Shown: in pieces, positions 13,141-25,589 of the stretch
Numbering within the stretch: position 1 is the first letter of the stretch
Layout of the letters: every line of letters begins with the position of its first letter
Source of the DNA: Eledone cirrhosa
Lineage: Eukaryota
Reading direction: 5' to 3'
Assembly (NCBI GenBank): GCA_964016885.1
Contig: OZ024741.1
Location: 167,772,001-167,836,000, forward strand
Length of the DNA stretch: 64,000 nt
Made by a program: the position numbers and the translations under genes
The notes under the pieces: model-generated
Database searches by the model: none
Told to the model about the DNA's origin: nothing
What the model saw: only the letters and a program-made list of their open reading frames with translations

Positions 13141-13444
13141 GGGGGGGGGGGGATATCCACGCTGGATGAAGCAGGAATCCATGCGAAGGGAATGGGTTTC
13201 GAAATTGTCGTCCTGGCTACAGAGTCGACGAAGACAGAGGAATTGGGAATAGGGTATGGAGTGTTTGGTGTGGGTTGGATGGGAGGAGGGCTTCCATACA
13301 GATCATGTCTATCAAATTTCACAAGACAGTAATAGAAGATACTTGCCCAAGGTACTATGCTGTGGGACTGAACCCCAAACCATGGTGTTCCCCACTAGTA
13401 ATAATAATAACAGATGATGGGGGTTGTCCTGTGGGTAAGACCAG

Positions 13445-13928
13445 AATCATCACCACCTCTATCACCACTACCACAGCCACCACCACAACCACTACCACAA
13501 CCTCCATCACCACCACTACCACAACCTCCATCACCACTTCCATCACCACTTCCATCACCACTTCCATCACCACTACCACAACCACCACTACCACAACCTC
13601 CATCACCACCACTACCACAACCACCTCCATCACCACTACCACAACCACAACCACTACCACAACCTCCATCACCACCACTACCACAACCACCTCCATCACC
13701 ACTACCACAACCACCACCACAGCCACTACCACAACCTCCATCACCACCACTACCACAACCACCTCCATCACCACTACCACAACCACCACCACAACCACTA
13801 CCACAACCTCCATCACCACCACTACCACAACCTCCATCACCACCTCCATCACCACTACCACAACCACCACCACAATTACTACCACAACCACCACCACAAC
13901 CACTACCACAACCTCCATCACCACCACG
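13445..13928. repeat. Compound (ACC/ACT/ACA) trinucleotide repeat with higher-order units
   Basis: Recurring ACCTCCATCACCACTACCACAACC units. Confidence 0.92.
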
Positions 13929-14670
13929 AGCATTATACCCAACTTAATACCCACTTTCTATCTTACTGAGGATGTTTTTTTGTATCTTTTTCATTCTCAA
14001 TGTTGACAAATAAATACTGGACCAGTATCATCTGAAATATTTATTACATTATATTAGAGTTGCTGCTTTGCAATAAATGAAAGGAAATAAGAACAACAAA
14101 AAATATATTTTATGAGTGATTAAAAAAAATCAACAAGAAAAGCTAGAAATATAGAAGTGAAAGTGAAACTAACTGTGTTAACCACTCAAAGAAGTAATAC
14201 ATTGTTATTAAAAACAAGACTTGCTGGAAAAATATTAAAATAGTTGTTTGTTTTCCTACATTTTTCTTTCTTTTTGTCCTTTAAAGATATTTTGATGCTA
14301 TTTCGTATAGTAAATTATTAATATTTTACGTTTGAACTTTCGGTAAAAATGAATGGCGAAATGATGACGATGATTATAATAATAACAAAAGTAAGATAAT
14401 AATAATAATAATAATAATGATTTCATTTATTGGCCACAAGGGTCGACATATAGGGGACAACACAATAGACAGGGACAGTGGGGGTTTACATAGAGATCGA
14501 GTAAGTATAAATAACAAAAAACAAAATAACAATAAAAATACAACAATGAAAGTTCCCCAATAAGAGGGATCACCACCCAGGGTTGACTCAAGCACCCCAC
14601 CAGTCCTGAGCCACCCGACGCTCCTAGGGCACCCGGGAAGGGCACCCCTCTCCTTCTCGAATTCACCAGC

Positions 14671-17600
14671 CTACAGGCGCATGATCAGAGTAGGCCCACT
14701 CACGCGGGCCATTCTCGCCACATTCACCCACCTTTCAGGAAATGTACTGGGGGGCAGCACTTCTCTCTCCACCCTCACCTTCCTTTCCAAGTGAAACTTG
14801 AAGAAGTTGATGAGGGATTGGCCGAAGAGAAAAGTGTCTGTCTTCAGTCCTTTCAACCTGGTCCACCATGCAACCTCTTTCGCTACTGCCACCAGGCAGA
14901 GGAAAATTGCCTGCCCTTCCTGACCAAAAGAAGGCGGCGGGTCAATCTTCACTATGGACTCGGACGATAGCCGGATCCGTTCTACACGTGACAATAGCTG
15001 TTCGACATAACCCCACAAGTCAGCAATGCACGGACACTGGACGAGTGCGTGCAGAACGGTTTCGTCGCTCTGCGCGCATCTCGGGCAGGTTCGTCTGACA
15101 GCACTTCCGTGCCTGTAGAGTTTATCCCGAACCGGCAGCGCCCCCCGGTAGCACTGCCAAGCGAGGGATTTCTGGAAGTTATCCATCGTCCCCGGCTCGA
15201 AAGTCCTCCGGAACATACTGGTCAGTTCTACTTCGTTGACGCCTAGAGCCTCTCCTAGTACGTCATCGTACTTGCCCTCCACTAATCCTCTATAGAAATC
15301 TTGAGTGGAAGTTCCACTGACCGCATTGCCCACCTTGCAGAGTGCAGTGAGCGCCTGGCAACATTCCAGATGCCAGTCGCCCAGTCTCGGTCTCTTCTTG
15401 ACCCAGGACTGCAGCTCAGTCAAAGAGATGAGCTGCGGAAAGGCCCGTCTAACAAACGGCGACCACACCTGTTCACCGTTTAGGCAAAATATCTGGAGAT
15501 GTCGCAGCCTCAGCGCATGTCTGCGCATCATTAGCCACGGCATGCCCAGCCCTCCACGAAGAGGGTGCTGGCAGCAGATGGACCGCCTCACCAACGGAAC
15601 CCGTCCCCTCTACAAAAATTTGAAAAGGAGCCGTTCCAAATTGGCGAGGCGTGGACGGGGGCAAGGCACGACGGTCAGGCGGTAGTAGATGACGGACGCG
15701 ATGTACGCGTTCGCCACCTCCGCCCGCCCTTTCAGTGATAGCTTTCTCTCAGCCCATTTCTGGGTGAGGTTGGCTATCCTGCTCGTCACCTCGTCCCAAT
15801 TCTTATCCACCTGGAGGTCTGGTCCGAACCAAACCCCGAGCAACTTTACCGGTCCGTCTGTCCAGCGCCCAACGACGCTGTTGGACGGCATGGACTTGCC
15901 TCTCCAGGTGCCGAGTTGCAAGCCCACCGACTTTTCCGGGTTAAGTTTTGCTCCCGTCAACCTTTCATATTCCTCCAAATGGGTGCGGATCACCTCGATT
16001 TCCGAGGTGTCCGACACCATCACGGTGATGTCGTCCGCATAAGCGGACGCAGCCTTTCTACGTCCCGGTTCGAGCGGGATGCCCTGCAACAACTCCAGCT
16101 TCCGCAGTAGAGGCTCAAGAGTCAATACGTACAGAAGTGAGGAGAGAGGGCACCCTTGATGGACCGATCGAGAGATCTGAAACGGTTCCGAGAGGTGGCC
16201 ATTAACTTTGACCACCGAGCAGATGCCGCTGTACATTGCAGCGATCCAGCTTCTGAAGACGGGGCCGAAGCCAGCCGCCTCGAGGACAGCCTCCAAGTAC
16301 CGATGGTCGACCCTATCGAATGCTTTCGATTGATCTAAATTGATCAGAGCCCCACCGAAGCCAGGTTTGCACCCAACCCTCTCTATAATGTATCGCATGA
16401 GGTGGAGGTTGTCGTGTATGGACCTGGTCGGGATTGCGCAAGTTTGCGCCTCCCCAACCAAATCTTTGACGACAAGCGCCAACCTTTTCGCTAACACCTT
16501 GGCCAAAATCTTAAACTCTGTGTTGAGCAGGGTTATGGGCCTGAAATTTTCTAGTGTGTCCCTCTTGTTCTCGTCTTTCCTTATCAGCGTCACTACGCCA
16601 CGGCTCACAGAACTGGGAATGCTCCCGTTCTGCTGCCAGTTGAGGAGATCGGAGAACAAGTCTGGCATATTTACGTAAAGCTCGTAGGGCAGACCATCCA
16701 AACCGGGTGACTTGCGACTCGAGCAGCCGACAAGGGCGTCCTGAATTTCGACTGATGTTATCGGCTCTTCGCAGCGCTCAGCGTCGGCCGTCGAGAGGCG
16801 TGGCAAGCCGTCGAGGTAGGGACTGAAGTCCGCCGCCGTCTCCGACTCACCCATCCTCCCGAACAATCGAGCAAAGTGCTGGCGAAAGGCCTCACACATC
16901 TGCTTGGAATCGCTCAGTTCGTGTCCATCTCGATCCGTCAAAGACCGAATTGTGGTTTTATTTCCACGCTGCGTCTCTGCAAAGCGAGCCCATCGGGCAG
17001 TTTTGGTTCCCTCGTTCCTCAGAGCACGCGCCTTAGCTCTGACAATGCAACCTTCGTGTTTCGCATTGAAGAAATGGTCTAGTGCCATTCTCACCGCTAG
17101 CACGTCTGTTGCAATGCCACTACAAATAGCCTCGTCTAACTTAGCTATCAGCCCCTCCTCCTTTCTATTTTTCTCTATTGCTACTTCTTTGCGAAATCCT
17201 ATCGAGGTTGCTCTAATCTCTCTTTTGAGAGCCCCCCACCACCTGTTGTTGACAACCCCCCTGTCAACTTTTGCTTAACTAAGTTGTTGACCCGGTCCCT
17301 GTAAGCTTTACGTGCCGGAAACGACATGTTTAGCTTCCAGTAGCTAGGTCCTAACCTACGTGTCTTATCTAGGTCGACCATACAGATCACAAGCTTGTGA
17401 TCTGAATAGGCAACCGTTTTAAAATGTGGACATCCTACACTATTTCTATCTCTTTTCCTAATGAAAATCCTATCTATGTACGATCTAGATGACCCTATGC
17501 GATTGGTCCAGGTCCATACTGGCGCATTAGGGAAATCTAGTCGGTACCTGTCAGAGAGTTGAAACTGGCTGATCAGGTACTTGAGGCTTTTGCACCCCCC

Positions 17601-18074
17601 GCTCCTATCAGATACTCCCACACAATCCCAGCGTGCTTCTAAGATGCCATTCCAATCCCCTATTAACAGTAAAGGGCGAGACGTAAGCAGAAAGTTTTCC
17701 AGGCGCCTAAAGAAGTCCGGCCGACCGGCCCCAGTGGGGGCGTAGACGGCCACCAGTCTAAAGGCACCACCTTCGCTATTGCTCACGTCCAGGACCACCA
17801 ACTTTCCGTCAGGATCCCGGAAGATTGACCTTACCTCGAGATCCAGACATTTCCTAAACAGCACAGCCACTCCACCTCCCATTCCCGGCCGACTAACTGA
17901 TGCAAAGATCTGATAATCGTCGAAAATCGGCGCCAGTGCGCGTGTGTCGGAAATTCTGGTCTCGCTGATGGCAATTACATCCATTCCTAGTGACCTGAGG
18001 TCGTTGAGCAAGTGACCTTGCTTCCAGGGCGACCCCAGGCCACGAACATTTAAACTTCCTACTCTTATGGCCAT
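14671..18074 (-). pseudogene. Tx1 ORF2: AP endonuclease + reverse transcriptase + C-terminal zinc finger
   Basis: SLNVRGL, ISETR, VAVYAP, IGDWN, YIDRIF, SDH (APE); SPGLDG, RPITLLN, DQSKAFDRV, QGCPLS, AYADD (RT); CPRC..ETVLH..VQC. One frameshift near 17260 and an in-frame TAG at 15610-15612. Confidence 0.95.
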
Positions 18075-18103
18075 GCTGGCAGGATGAATGGGAGAGGAAA
18101 GGT

Positions 18104-19943
18104 TTACTTACCTTCCGGGGTCTTGTGAAGGTCGGGTGGTTCGACCTCCATGGTTTGTGGGGTTTCTTTTGGGAACCCCTTTAATAGTCTTGAAGTGGGT
18201 TTTACGTTCGGGGTTCCCACATCCCGAGGAAAGCTCTTTCGAATTTCTTTGTATGAAGCGAGCGACATTCGCATCAGAAGCAAATTATCTGGTACGCGAA
18301 ATGTGCTCGCTTCAAATGTTTCCCCCTCTTTTTCGATGTTTGTGCTTCGTGCTACATGGGCCATCAATTCCTTGTTGGCCCTTCTGGCAAGCACGAAGTT
18401 TTTAATGTTTTGTTGCTCGGGTTTTATTTGTTCGTGTGATTGTGGTGGTGATAGCTTTGTTAGTGTTGTTTCTATTGTGTCTGCGTTTGTTGTGGGTGGG
18501 GTGTCTGTAGTTTCTGATGTTTGTGTGTCTATTTGTTCTTGTGTCTGTTTAGCTTGTTTGCGTTTGGGGGATTTTGGTGGTTGTGTTGGTGATGCTGTGG
18601 GAAAAATGTTTGTGTGGGTGGTGTGTGTATTTTTTTGTGGGGGTGTTTGTGCTTTGTGGATTTCTTTTTTTTTTGTGTTTTGTTTTTTGTATTTTGGGGG
18701 ACTTTGGTTTTCCCTCATCTTCACTGCTGGAGGATGAGGGGTCTGTGGCTGTGAGCGTGTTTGTGTCTGAGTGAGTGTTTATGTTCTTGTTCGTGTGTGT
18801 ATTTTGGGGGGGAGGGGGAATGGGAGAGCTTTCCTCGTTTCCCCCCTGGGTGTGCAATTTTGGTGGTTCCATTGTTGACGGTGTTGCTGGTGGTCCTTGT
18901 CCCGGCGTCGCCAGCAGTGGAATCTTTCGACCCCTTGCGCTTTTCGGCAGTTGAGGGCAGAAGGCTCGCAAGTGTGTCGTTTCCCCACAAAGGAAACAAT
19001 GCGGCCTTTTGCCCTCAGTCATTATATGCAACACCCTCCCGTTTTGGAGGCGGATGTGGTCCGGGATTGCTTTTACGTTTTCGGGTCTGATTTGGAGCAG
19101 TATCTCCAGATCAACCCCGGACCAGTCGTCCCTGGCAGTTCTCGTTGCCTCTACCGGGACTGTATCCGTTCCTTCCACGATTACGCAACCCAGGATCCAC
19201 CACATATCAAGTCCTGGTGGAATCCTGGGAATGCGCACACGTGCTATTCGTTTTCCCATGTGGGAGGGGTACATTATGACCTTGCTGGTTTTGCAAGGGG
19301 TCATTGAATGCTTCACAGCGAGGGCTTCAGACTTGAACAGCACCGAAACGGTGCCGTATTGCCTTCCCCTCTCTATGAAGTCTGTGTCCTCTCTGATGTA
19401 TTTCAGTGCGGCTTCTATATCAGCTTGGGCGATTATCGCTGCCCTCTTTGTCTCTACTGAGATGCATCTGAAATGCACCGTTCTTTTTTCCACTGCCTCA
19501 ATGGCTTCTGCCGGGACAGTTAAGTTTGCCCAGGTCTGCTCTTGATTTATGATTTTCCAGGCCTGGGCCAACTTTTCCTCTCTGTTGGTTAAGTCGATGC
19601 TGTAGCATGGTCTCCTTTTAGCCGCTGCCACAGCAGCGAAGGTGTTCTTGTTGGTGTTGTCACTTTTGTTGTTCTTGTTGGTGTTGCTGCTGCTATTGCT
19701 GTTGTTGTTCTCCCCTGTGTCGTGGTTACCCTCTGTGCTGTTGGCCTTGTTAGTGCTGCTGCTGTCGCTACTATTACTCTCTGTGCTGTTCGTTTTGTTG
19801 GTGCTCTCGCTATTACCACCTTCTGCGCTGTTCGGCTTGTTGGTGTTGGTGTTGTCGCTGTTACCACCTTCCGCGCCGCTCGGCCCGTTGGTGCTGGCAC
19901 TGTCGCTGCTCACACGCGCTCCTCGCCCCACCTCTCCTCTCAA
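18104..19943 (-). pseudogene. Tx1 ORF1 (nucleic-acid-binding, zinc knuckle)
   Basis: TFAAVAA motif, CFLCGETTHLRAFC (CX2CX4HX4C), low-complexity flanks; probable frameshift in the homopolymer-rich region joining ORFs 18549-19943 and 18104-18724; ends 30 bp before ORF2. Confidence 0.85.
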
Positions 19944-20235
19944 CGCTCAAGTCGCCGTTGCACGACAGCAGACCCGCCTCTAGGGGGCGTGGCTCCGCCA
20001 TGTTTTTTTGAGAAAAAAAATTATTATTTTTCCAAAATAAAGTTCAAATATTTGGGCCAAAAGGCCCAAATATTATGAGTTATTCCTTCACAGGATACAA
20101 ATGAATGTCTTATAATGCTTCAGCGGTACAAAAAAATAAACAATTCTCCACAATTAATCCTCAAAAAATTGCTTACTCACGGAGCTTCAAAAAACGTACA
20201 TCCACTTTCGTCAATAATAATAATAATAACAACAA

Positions 20236-20995
20236 CAATGTGATCAGAAATGGAACTGACCAAAAGTGTTGATTCTGTGATGAGCATGTTGAAATCATAA
20301 ACCCCCTGGTTTCAGGCTGCAAGGTAATAACTTGCCCAGGAATATAAAACGAGACATGATAGAGTGGGGCAATACTTACACTGAGTAATGTACAGGTTTT
20401 ATGGTCTGAAAATGGAGGCAAAATAGTACAACCATCACCCAGATGCAGTAACAGGAGATGAGAACAAACAATCGTCTGGGATTTCCCTATGAACACTGAC
20501 AGAACAATGAAGGCCAACAGACCTGATATAATTGTGAAGGACCATAAAGAGAAAACATATTCCTTAATTGACATGAGTATTCCATCAGATCGTAACGTCT
20601 TCTCGAATGTGTTCAGAAATCTCAGTATGTATAAAGACCTATCAATTGAAATTGAAAAATAATGTGGCATCTTACGGTCTGTACAATACCAGTGATAGTC
20701 GGCGCACTTGGAATGATAAAAAGGCGTACTGAAAAATATTTGGACCGGATAGCCATTGCTGCAAGAAATAGAGAAAATAGTGCTGACTGGTACTGCCCAT
20801 GTACTAAGAAGGGCATTATCAATTTAAAAACTTTGCAAGGACATTTACTGTTGTTTGTGCCCTTGTGGCATAATTTGTGTGACAATTGATTGTAAAATGT
20901 GTGTATTATCAAATTTTGCCTTAGGTGCCAGGTTGACACTCGGCATAATTTGGAAAGAAGCAGAACTCAAAGGAAGTTTCAAATCATCATAATAT
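20236..20995 (+). mobile_element. 5'-truncated R4/Dong-clade non-LTR retrotransposon fragment (CCHC + restriction-like endonuclease)
   Basis: Manual translation across stops and frameshifts gives C*FCDEHVE..VSGC, EYKTRHDRV, VWDFPMNTDRTMKANRPDIIV..LIDMSIP, YKDL, PVIVGALG; flanked by (AAT)n-like tracts. Confidence 0.85.
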
Positions 20996-21304
20996 AATGA
21001 TTTCTACTATAGGCACAAGGCCAGCAATTTGATGGGGAGGGGAAAGTTGATTAAATCATCGACACCTGTGCATTACTGGTGCTTTAGTTACCGACACCGT
21101 AAGGACAAAAGGCAAAGCTAACCTCAGCAAGATTTGAACTCAGAACTTACTAGTTAAACCTTTCCTGCCCATCTACCATGTATAATGTAACTCTCAGGGA
21201 TCACCAAAATTCCTAGTAAGCATTTCTTTGGTGGCTTCATCAACAAAAGTACCCATATTGTCTGGACATTTGTGGTCCTCGTATTTACTCAAATTATTTT
21301 CTTA

Positions 21305-21480
21305 ATAATTGTTTCTACTTTTGGCACAAGGCCAGCTATTACCCCAGTGTATTACTGGTACTTTATTTTATCGACCCCGTAAGGCACAGTTAACCTCGGC
21401 AGGATTTGAACTCAAACCATAAAGGGCCGTAACTCTATGCTGCAAATCATGTTGTTCGATGCTCTACCGGTACTGCCAAA
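21305..21480 (-). mobile_element. tRNA-derived SINE family B
   Basis: Reverse complement TTGGCAGTACCGGTAGAG..GAGTTCAAATCC..GGGGTCGATAAAATAAAGTACCAG..GGCCTTGTGCC..AGAAACAATTATT. Confidence 0.8.
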
Positions 21481-21519
21481 ATGTTAATAACATGCTGTTG
21501 TGGGATCTCTGTCAATTCT

Positions 21520-21782
21520 GGTGATGAATGTTCCAGTTGTTTGATCAACAGAACAGCCTACCCATGGAATTAATATGCATTCCTCAGGCATGAGTAATCT
21601 GAACATAATTCTCAGGAAGATTCAGCATACCACACACAGGCTGATACTTTGAATTACATGTAGAACTCATTTTTTTTCCCAGCTGAGTGAACTGAAACAA
21701 TGTAAGAAGGACATAACACATTAAATTCACAACCTTACAATTGTGACGCAAACACCCTAACCACTAAGCCACACACCTTCAT
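21520..21782 (-). mobile_element. tRNA-derived SINE family C (family-A-like head, different body)
   Basis: GTGGCTTAGTGGTTAG head plus body shared with 38070-38415, 41095-41395, 46830-47300 and 52090-52375. Confidence 0.7.
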
Positions 21783-22162
21783 AGTATTAATACTATACGT
21801 GATTCCTAATTCTAGAAATACAACCAAAGTTACACTTCATCTATTTCACATTTTCTGTCCTCGACCCCACTCTTATACAATGACAAATACTTATTTCTAT
21901 AAAAATGGCAGCTGTTTTTCAAATTAAAAGACAGACAGCCTCTTACTTTCTATGATTTTTTTTTTGTTAATTTTTTTTTCCATTTACTGCCTTTTTTTTT
22001 TCTTCAATTTCACTTTTATTTATTTATTTTTTTTTTTTTACTTTCTTTCATTTCTAAACCTATCACTTCCGCTCACTTGCCTCATCCCACCTCCTTTTCT
22101 GCTAGCTTATTAATTTCATTGAATGATGTGGACAGAAATGTAACAAGGCAATTAACATTGAT

Positions 22163-22386
22163 GCATTGTTGTCACCTTCATTGTCACCACCATCATCATC
22201 ATCATCATCATCGTCATCATCATCACTATCATCATCATCATCTTCATCATCACTATCATCATCATCATCTTCATCATCGTCACCATAATCATCATCACCA
22301 TCATCATCGTCACCATAATCATCATCACCATAATCATCATTGTCATCATCATCATCATTGTCGTCATTGTTATCATCATCATCATC
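22163..22386. repeat. (CAT)n microsatellite
   Basis: Degenerate CAT/CAC/CGT triplets. Confidence 0.95.
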
Positions 22387-23300
22387 TAAGGTAATTGTAT
22401 ATATAATTTAATGATGATAGTGTGTCACTATATGTGTGTGTGTGTAAGCAGGGAAAAGAGATTTAAGAAGAAATCATTATTATATTCTCCTGAAAGGTAT
22501 GCGTTCTTTCTCTATTCCTCATTTCCATACCCCACCCCTCTCTCTCTCTCTCTTACCATTTCTCCCACTCTCTTCTATGCCTACAGTTTAATCTGCCACA
22601 CCTGGACTGTCACTACCACTTTCATTTCCTGTTTTGGTTTCCCTCTACTATCTTCACTTCCTGTTTTGACTGTCCTCCCACCTTCACTTCCTGTTTGGAC
22701 TGTCCTCCCACCTTCACCTCCTATTTCGACTGTCACCCCACCTTCACTTTCCATTTGGGCTGCCCTTACAGTCTTCACTTTCTGCTTGTCTTCATTTTGC
22801 CTGTGACCACATTAATGGCAAGACATGTTTTCTCTCTTATCAGTCATAAGTCCACATTACCTTATGTATTACCATTATACACATCTGTTACACTCTCTGT
22901 CTTTCTCATTTGAAGACTTTAATGTTTAATTGTTTAACCTCAGTCATAAGACCTTATCATTTAATTGTTCTTGCCAATGTCTCAGTCTCATATTTTCCTC
23001 GGCTTATTTTCTTTCACTAAAATGTATTTCATAGCCATGATTCCTATGAGGCAAGCAGTTCTATTGTTTAAAGGTCTGAAACTGTCTCATACAATAGTTG
23101 ATGGTAGGGATGTACTGTCTGTGCCATTTGTTTACATTGTATGTTGGTGTATTTTTGGGCACACATAAACATACATGCACACACACACACACGCACACAC
23201 ACACACACACACACATATGTGAGTCCCAGGTTCAATCGGAGGCAACTACGTGAGTAAGGTACTCAATACATTAGTAGAGTGTAAACAAAAAATTTAAGAA

Positions 23301-23361
<61 letters not shown>

Positions 23362-23363
<2 letters not shown>

Positions 23364-23572
23364 AGGCACATGGCTTAGTGGTTAGAGCATTGGCCTTGCA
23401 ATCGAAAGGTTGTGAGTTCAATTATCAGACCAGGTGATGTGTTGTTTCCTTGAGCAAGACACTTTATTTCACATTGCTCCAGTTTACTCAGCTGTAGAAA
23501 TCAAGCCAGAATCAGTTCCCATCCCACCCTTGCAAGCAGGGAAAACTGGACGTAAAATGAAATGATGATGAT
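23362..23572 (+). mobile_element. SINE family A, internally deleted
   Basis: Intact head and tail joined at CAGCTGTAGAAAT. Confidence 0.85.
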
Positions 23573-23619
23573 ATATATATATATAATGATATAAACCTTT
23601 TCCAGTCACAGCAAGGATC

Positions 23620-24230
23620 CATAGACATGGTTGATAGCTTCTACTATTTAGTTGACCTAATTAGCAGTGGAAGAGGGTGTGGCAAGAGGATGGAAGAAGT
23701 TTAGAGAACTCCTCCCAGTGCTGCCAACAAAAGTTTTCTCCCTGATGCTTGTGTGTGGTGTGCAATGCAGCATGGTATTGTGTGTGGTGTGCAATGCAGC
23801 ATGGTATTGTGTGTGGTGTGCAATGCAGCATGGTATTGTGTGTGGTGTGCAATGCAGCATGGTATTGAAACATGAGTAGACTGGAGAGAAATGAAGCAAT
23901 CATGTTTTGTTGGATGTGCAATGTAAATGGGAGAGAAAAACAAAGCTTTTATGAGCTGAGGGAGAAGCTCGGTGCAAGGGGAATCTGGGATGGTATGCAG
24001 GAGAGAAGACTGCATTGGTATGGACATGTGATGTGCATGGACAATGACCAATGGGTGAAGAAATGCCAGGAAATACCAGTGAAAGGAAGCCGCAGTAGAG
24101 GACAACCAAAAAAAACCTGAGCAGAGGTTGTGAGAGTTGCCCTCAAATCACTAATCTAAGAGGAGATGATGAAGGAATGTGACAAGCGTAGAGATGCCAT
24201 GCTGAGAAGGACCCATCTAAGCCTTGCAAG
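23620..24230 (+). mobile_element. Degenerate RTE LINE 3' fragment with 4x29-bp tandem repeat; tail continues at 25436-25480
   Basis: GWKKFRELLPVL, RLERNEA, RRLHWYGHVM; interrupted by the hAT element. Confidence 0.85.
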
Positions 24231-25435
24231 CAGTGGCGGACTGGCCAGGTTGCCCAATGGCAAGTGGGCCACGGTGGCATTGCAAAAGCCCACAGTAGAA
24301 TTGCAGGGCCCACTGTAGTATTCTAGGGGCCAATGTTTTGCTTTCAAAAAATACCTGAAGTCTAAGAGAAAGAATAATATTAAAAAAACAAAAACAAAAC
24401 AATTAAGCAAAGCATTTGGTCCACCAATTCCCCAGGGAATTACTAGAAACCAAAATATACCATAGTGCAAATTGCTGGAATCAGTGGTTGTACATTCAAC
24501 TAAATCTAAACCTTAGTGTATTCATTCATGCATGCAAACATGCATATATAGACACAGACACACAAGCATATATATATATACTTACACACGAACTACTGAC
24601 TAATAATATTTGGTACAATGGGTGAAGATGGTGTATATATATATATACAGACACACACGCACACACATATATATATATACAACAGAAATTAAATATGGAT
24701 TACAGGTTAAAATATAGTCTAGATAGATGTGAAACAAAATGAGGATGTAGTTTATGGAACACCCAAATGATTTAGAAGTCAACTTTAAGTAGGAGCAATA
24801 ACATTAAGAAAGACATGAACGACACCACAACACTTTGTTTTGAAAATTTTGAAAGGTTTATAAGTATGAATATTCATAAGATTTTTTGTAGTTGTCTCTG
24901 TGGCCTAGTGGTAAGTACTAGAGACAGTGGAGATCCTAGCCTTGGGTTCAATCCTGGTCAAGAAGTGCATGTGACCTTTTTTCAGTTTTTATTTTACAAC
25001 CAATAGAAAAAAACTGAAAAGGTTTACCTGGAACCCTACTCCCGACCAGGATCGAACTTCACACAGGATCACCACCGTCTATGATTCCTCCAGCTAGGCC
25101 ACTGAGAAAGCTTCAAAAGCATAATGAAAATTGATACTTATAAACCTACTTTCAAAATCAAAGTTAAAAAGATGTTTTTGTTGTTCATGGCTTTCTTAGA
25201 GCTATTAGTAATATTTAGAGTCGACTTCTGGTCATTATTGAAAGTCTCTGGATTTCGCAAAATACATATTTTTTATTGGAGAAGGTAAGATATTTTTCTG
25301 CAAAAATTTGATTGCACTGTTTTGTTTTCGAAAATGTTATTTATTCATTATAAAAATTAAATGATAGCATTCTATATGTAGGTGGGCCCCCTTCATATCC
25401 TGGCAACCAATATTTTTAGACCCAGTCCGCCACTG
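24231..25435. mobile_element. Non-autonomous hAT-type DNA transposon
   Basis: 14-bp TIRs CAGTGGCGGACTGG / CCAGTCCGCCACTG; 8-bp TSD CTTGCAAG / CATGCAAG (7/8 match); splits an RTE tail. Confidence 0.85.
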
Positions 25436-25477
25436 CATGCAAGCATGGAAAAGCGCAACTAAAAACGGTGATGATGA

Positions 25478-25519
<42 letters not shown>

Positions 25520-25589
25520 ATATATATATATATCATCATCATCATCATCATCCTCGATTAACGTCCATCTTCCATGCTAGCATGGGTTA

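Larger units (their letters stand above)
11924..13322 (-). mobile_element. 5'-truncated Neptune-type Penelope-like element
   Basis: ORF 12450-13322 has PLTYHP, CSRSRCNTC, FTCTSTHVVYALWCSLCGSLYIGQTGR, EHLRDI, PVSRHF and PRGLN; hammerhead core at 12009-12045. Confidence 0.88.
14420..20212 (-). mobile_element. Near full-length Tx1/L1-clade non-LTR retrotransposon
   Basis: ORF1 with CCHC knuckle, ORF2 with APE-RT-CCHC, AATAAA at 14426-14431 followed by an (ATT)n tail. The 5' boundary is placed at the next (ATT)n tract (20213) by inference. Confidence 0.93.

Noticed and set aside
13275-14006. Thr-rich mucin-like ORF
   Set aside because: Trinucleotide repeat open in several frames; it starts inside a PLE and has no signal peptide or domain.
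14868-20078. Plus-strand ORFs over the Tx1 element
   Set aside because: Antisense shadows of GC-rich ORF1/ORF2.
22077-22394. Poly-His ORF
   Set aside because: (CAT)n microsatellite, a motif abundant throughout the window.
23362-23435. Functional tRNA genes (also 24895-24965, 42226-42290)
   Set aside because: A and B boxes are present but there is no proper cloverleaf; they continue into SINE or transposon bodies.
23749-23868. CRISPR-like 29-bp repeats
   Set aside because: No spacers, no cas genes, and the context is a eukaryotic LINE.
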